Assembly: GCF_964213995.1 (NCBI RefSeq)
Contig: NW_027590136.1
Span: forward strand, 496,001-560,000
Direction of reading: 5' to 3'
Origin: Mustelus asterias
Taxonomy: Eukaryota
Length of the DNA stretch: 64,000 nt
Both the position numbers and the translations under genes were made by a program. The notes below the pieces were generated by a model. That model saw only the letters and a list, made by a program, of their open reading frames with translations, was not told where the DNA came from and did not search any database. This document shows positions 60,935 through 64,000 of this stretch, in pieces (the stretch's first letter is position 1; each line of letters opens with the position of its first letter).

Positions 60935-61612
60935 ATGACAGTTCTGGGATTATTCTTGTGAATCTTTCTTGCCCCTTCCCCAGTGCCTCTATTTCCTTTT
61001 TCTAAATGGAGATCACAAATGGAACGTAGAACAGTACAGCACAGGAACAGACGCTTCAGCCCACCATGTTGTGTCGAACATGATGCCAAATTAAACTATT
61101 CCTTTCTGCCTGCCCTTGGTCCATACTCCTCTATTCCTTGCATATTCATGTGCTTATTTAAAACCCCCTTAAACGCCCCTATCGTATCTGCCTCCACCAC
61201 CACTCCTAGCAGCGCATTCCAGACACCTACCACTCTCTGTGTAAAAAAACTTACCTCTCACATCTCCTTTGAACTTTCCCCGTCTCACCTTAAGTGCATG
61301 CTCCCTGGTATTAGACATATCAATTCTGAGGGAAAAGATTCTATGTCTCTCATTTTATAGACTGCTATCAGGTCTCCCCTCACCCTCCACCGCTATCGAG
61401 AAAACAACCCTCGTTTGTCAGTCGCTCACACCCTCCAATCCAGGCAGCATCCTGGGAAACCTCTTCTGCACCCTCATCAAAGCCTCTGCATCCTTTCTGT
61501 AATGTGGCGACCAGAATTGAACGCAACATTCTAAGTGCAGCCCAAACAACTTTTATAAAGCTGCAACATGGCATGCTGACTCTTGTACTCAATAAAGGCA
61601 AGCATGCCATAT

Positions 61613-62160
61613 GAACAAAGAACAAAGAACAATACAGCACAGGAACAGGCCCTTCGGCCCTCCAAGCCCGCGCCGCTCCCCGGTCCAGGATTGAATCCTG
61701 AATCCAGGATCCCCGCCCAATTTTCCAGCCTATCTACATACCAATATCCTATCCACCGAGCTGTCCCTCACAGCTACGATGCTTTGTTCATTACAACCTA
61801 TTAACTCACCCCCACCCCCCCATTCCAGACCATGTGATCTCCAGGGAGAGGCAAAAACCCAGAGTGAAAAACCCCAGGGCCAATATGGGGAAAAAAAATC
61901 TGGGAAATTCCTCTCCGACCCCCTGAGGCGATCGAAACGAGTCCAGGAGATCACAATGGCCCCGATCGGAAAATGCTTCCCAACCCTAGTCATTTCCACT
62001 TCCACGAACACCATATGAATTCCCTGCCCCCGAGACAGGTTCCCAACTATCCGCAGTCTCACTCTGTACTGGCACCAGCAAGATGATCATAGAATGAAGC
62101 CTTGAAACGAGAAACCAGGAACAATTAGCCCGCGCCGCTCCCTGGTCCAAACTAGACCAT
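61613..62160 (-). mobile_element. LINE 3' UTR variant with embedded ~445 bp cassette (second copy), nested in an older CR1 fragment
   Basis: Near-identical reverse complement of ~2655-3203; splits AAGGCAAGCATGCCATAT/GCCTTC of a CR1 ORF2. Confidence 0.85.
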
Positions 62161-62199
62161 AAAGAAATGCCTTCTTTACCGACTAAATATTTGTGTGGC

Positions 62200-62750
62200 T
62201 AATTTCAGGAAGCTATGGACTTGAACCCCAAGATCCCCCTGTACATTAACTGTATACTTATCCTTAATATTTGATCTCCCAAAGTGCAGCACCTCACACT
62301 TGCCCGGATTAAAATCCATCTGCCATTTCTCCGCTCATATCTGCAGCTGATCTACATCCCACTGTAACCTTTCACAACCTTCTACATTATCTACAACTCC
62401 ATCTAGTTTTGTGACATCTGCCAGCTTACTAACCCACCCATCCACATTTTCATCAAAGTCATTTATATATATCACAAATAGCGCAGGTCCCAGTACGGAT
62501 CCCTGCAGAACACCACTAGTCATGGACTTCCAGCCAGAAAAACACCCTCCACCACTACTCTCTGACTTCTATGGGCAAGTCAATTCTGAATCCAAGCGGC
62601 CAAGTCACCGTGAATCCCATGCATCTTAATCTTCTGGATGAGCCGACCATGAGGGACCTTGTCGAAAGCCTCACTAAAATCCATGTTCACAACATCCACT
62701 GCCCTACCCTCATCGATCACCTTCATCACCTCCTCGATAAAATCGATCCA
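62200..62750 (-). mobile_element. CR1-like LINE RT fragment
   Basis: SGVLQGSVLGPALFVIYINDFDE..SKLADVTK. Confidence 0.8.
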
Positions 62751-63399
62751 GTCAGTAAGATGTTGACGGTGCTCCCACTGCAGTCCTGTGATGAAAATAT
62801 AGACTGGTTGGTGAAATGTAGATAACAGGTAGAATTGATATCTAATGAGGACTTTATACTTTAGAATTGAATACAGGGCTCATTGTTACTAACGGGGAAA
62901 GAAGGGTTAAAACCCTTACCCAGAACCCTTTTCACACACACGTGGACATCTCTGAATCTGACACACACCAAATGGAACGTTACACAAGGGGCTGGAATTC
63001 ACTGGAATTTCTTAACAACCTTTCAATAGAAATGTCCTGGTACCGACTGTGACAAAGGACACAACAGACAGCAAGAACCAGGAGGAACCTTTAACCCAGA
63101 GAATGTTAATCACCTTGTTCAGGACACCGGTGCCAGGCACAGGAGGATCCCAGGAAAAACGGAACATTTAATTTCTGTCTGTTTCACAATTCTAAATGAC
63201 TGATTCGTTAACAAAGGAATGTTTAAAAACAGCATTGTGATATTCCAAGGTCAACTGTGTCTGGGAAAGGGACACACTGATGTGTTTTTATTTTAAACAG
63301 GAGGATCCATTGAAAAGCAGCTCTGGACGATACGAGCACCTCCTGACCTTTCAATTCATTTCAAATCACCCATCACTTTCCGTGGAATATTCTTTATTC

Positions 63400-63775
63400 T
63401 TTCCTGGGATGTGGACACTGCTGGCAAAGCCCCAGCACACGTTGCTCAGCTCCTAATTGCCCTTGAACGGAGTGAGTTGCTCGGCCATTTCAGAGGGGCA
63501 GTTAAGAGTCACCCACATCGCTGTGTGGGTCTGGATTCACATGTAGGCCAGACCGGGTAAGGATGGCAGATTTCCTTCCCTAATAGGGGGTATTAATAGG
63601 GTGAACCGGACGGGTTTTTACAACAGTCGATAGTTTCATGGTCACCGTTTCTGACACTAACTTTATATAATTCCAGATTGATTCACTGAATTCAAATCCC
63701 ACCAGCTGCCTGTCCCCAGATCCTTTGCTGGGTCTCTGCATTACTCGGCCAGCGACATTCCCACCACCTCCCCCT
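63400..63775 (-). mobile_element. SacSINE1-like SINE (duplicate of 9287-9603)
   Basis: Reverse complement with shared flank to the window end. Confidence 0.7.
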
Positions 63776-64000
63776 GAGTGGAATATTCCACACAACCCTC
63801 AGTTAAACAGGAAGGAGAAAAGAGAAAGGCTTTGACCTTTGGATGACCTCATCACGAACTACAGAAACCTTAAAGCTGACCATTCTGTAAAAGTTTATAA
63901 ACTTTATTTTTATAAAACACAGAGTAAGAAACAGGTGAAAAGTAACGATGGACGTTCCGACTGACATCAGAAACATTGATTGACCGGATAAACACTCACT

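Larger units (their letters stand above)
53221..64000. repeat. Right arm of large inverted segmental duplication (continues past window end)
   Basis: Reverse complement of 9058-17899, including promoter, UTR exon, shared SINEs and the ZNF gene. Confidence 0.9.

Overview
Eukaryotic DNA, almost certainly from an elasmobranch (shark), judged by HE1/V-SINE, SacSINE1-like SINE, CR1/HER1-like LINE, Rex1, Tx1 and Penelope repeats. The window is a tandem cluster of about 10 C2H2 zinc-finger genes and pseudogenes, each with one coding exon, on both strands and often head-to-head. No KRAB, SCAN or BTB domain is recognisable. Nine of the ten copies begin at an ATG sitting in a finger linker (T-M-E-K-P-W-K-C), exactly 12 codons after a conserved in-frame stop, behind a leader made of three dead fingers. 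The cluster is built from duplicated modules: a large inverted duplication (about 9.06-17.9 kb vs 53.2-64 kb) whose two ZNF copies have 11 vs 19(+5 dead) fingers, smaller duplications, and reshuffled CpG promoter cassettes (NRF1/YY1/CCAAT/GC-box motifs), some tandemly amplified. Other points of note: an intact minimal hammerhead ribozyme motif in a Penelope end, a SINE tail splitting a 14-finger gene with a possible frame-restoring cryptic intron, and a LINE 3' UTR variant carrying an embedded cassette of about 445 bp. All calls were made by eye; repeat family names, identities and repeat boundaries are approximate.
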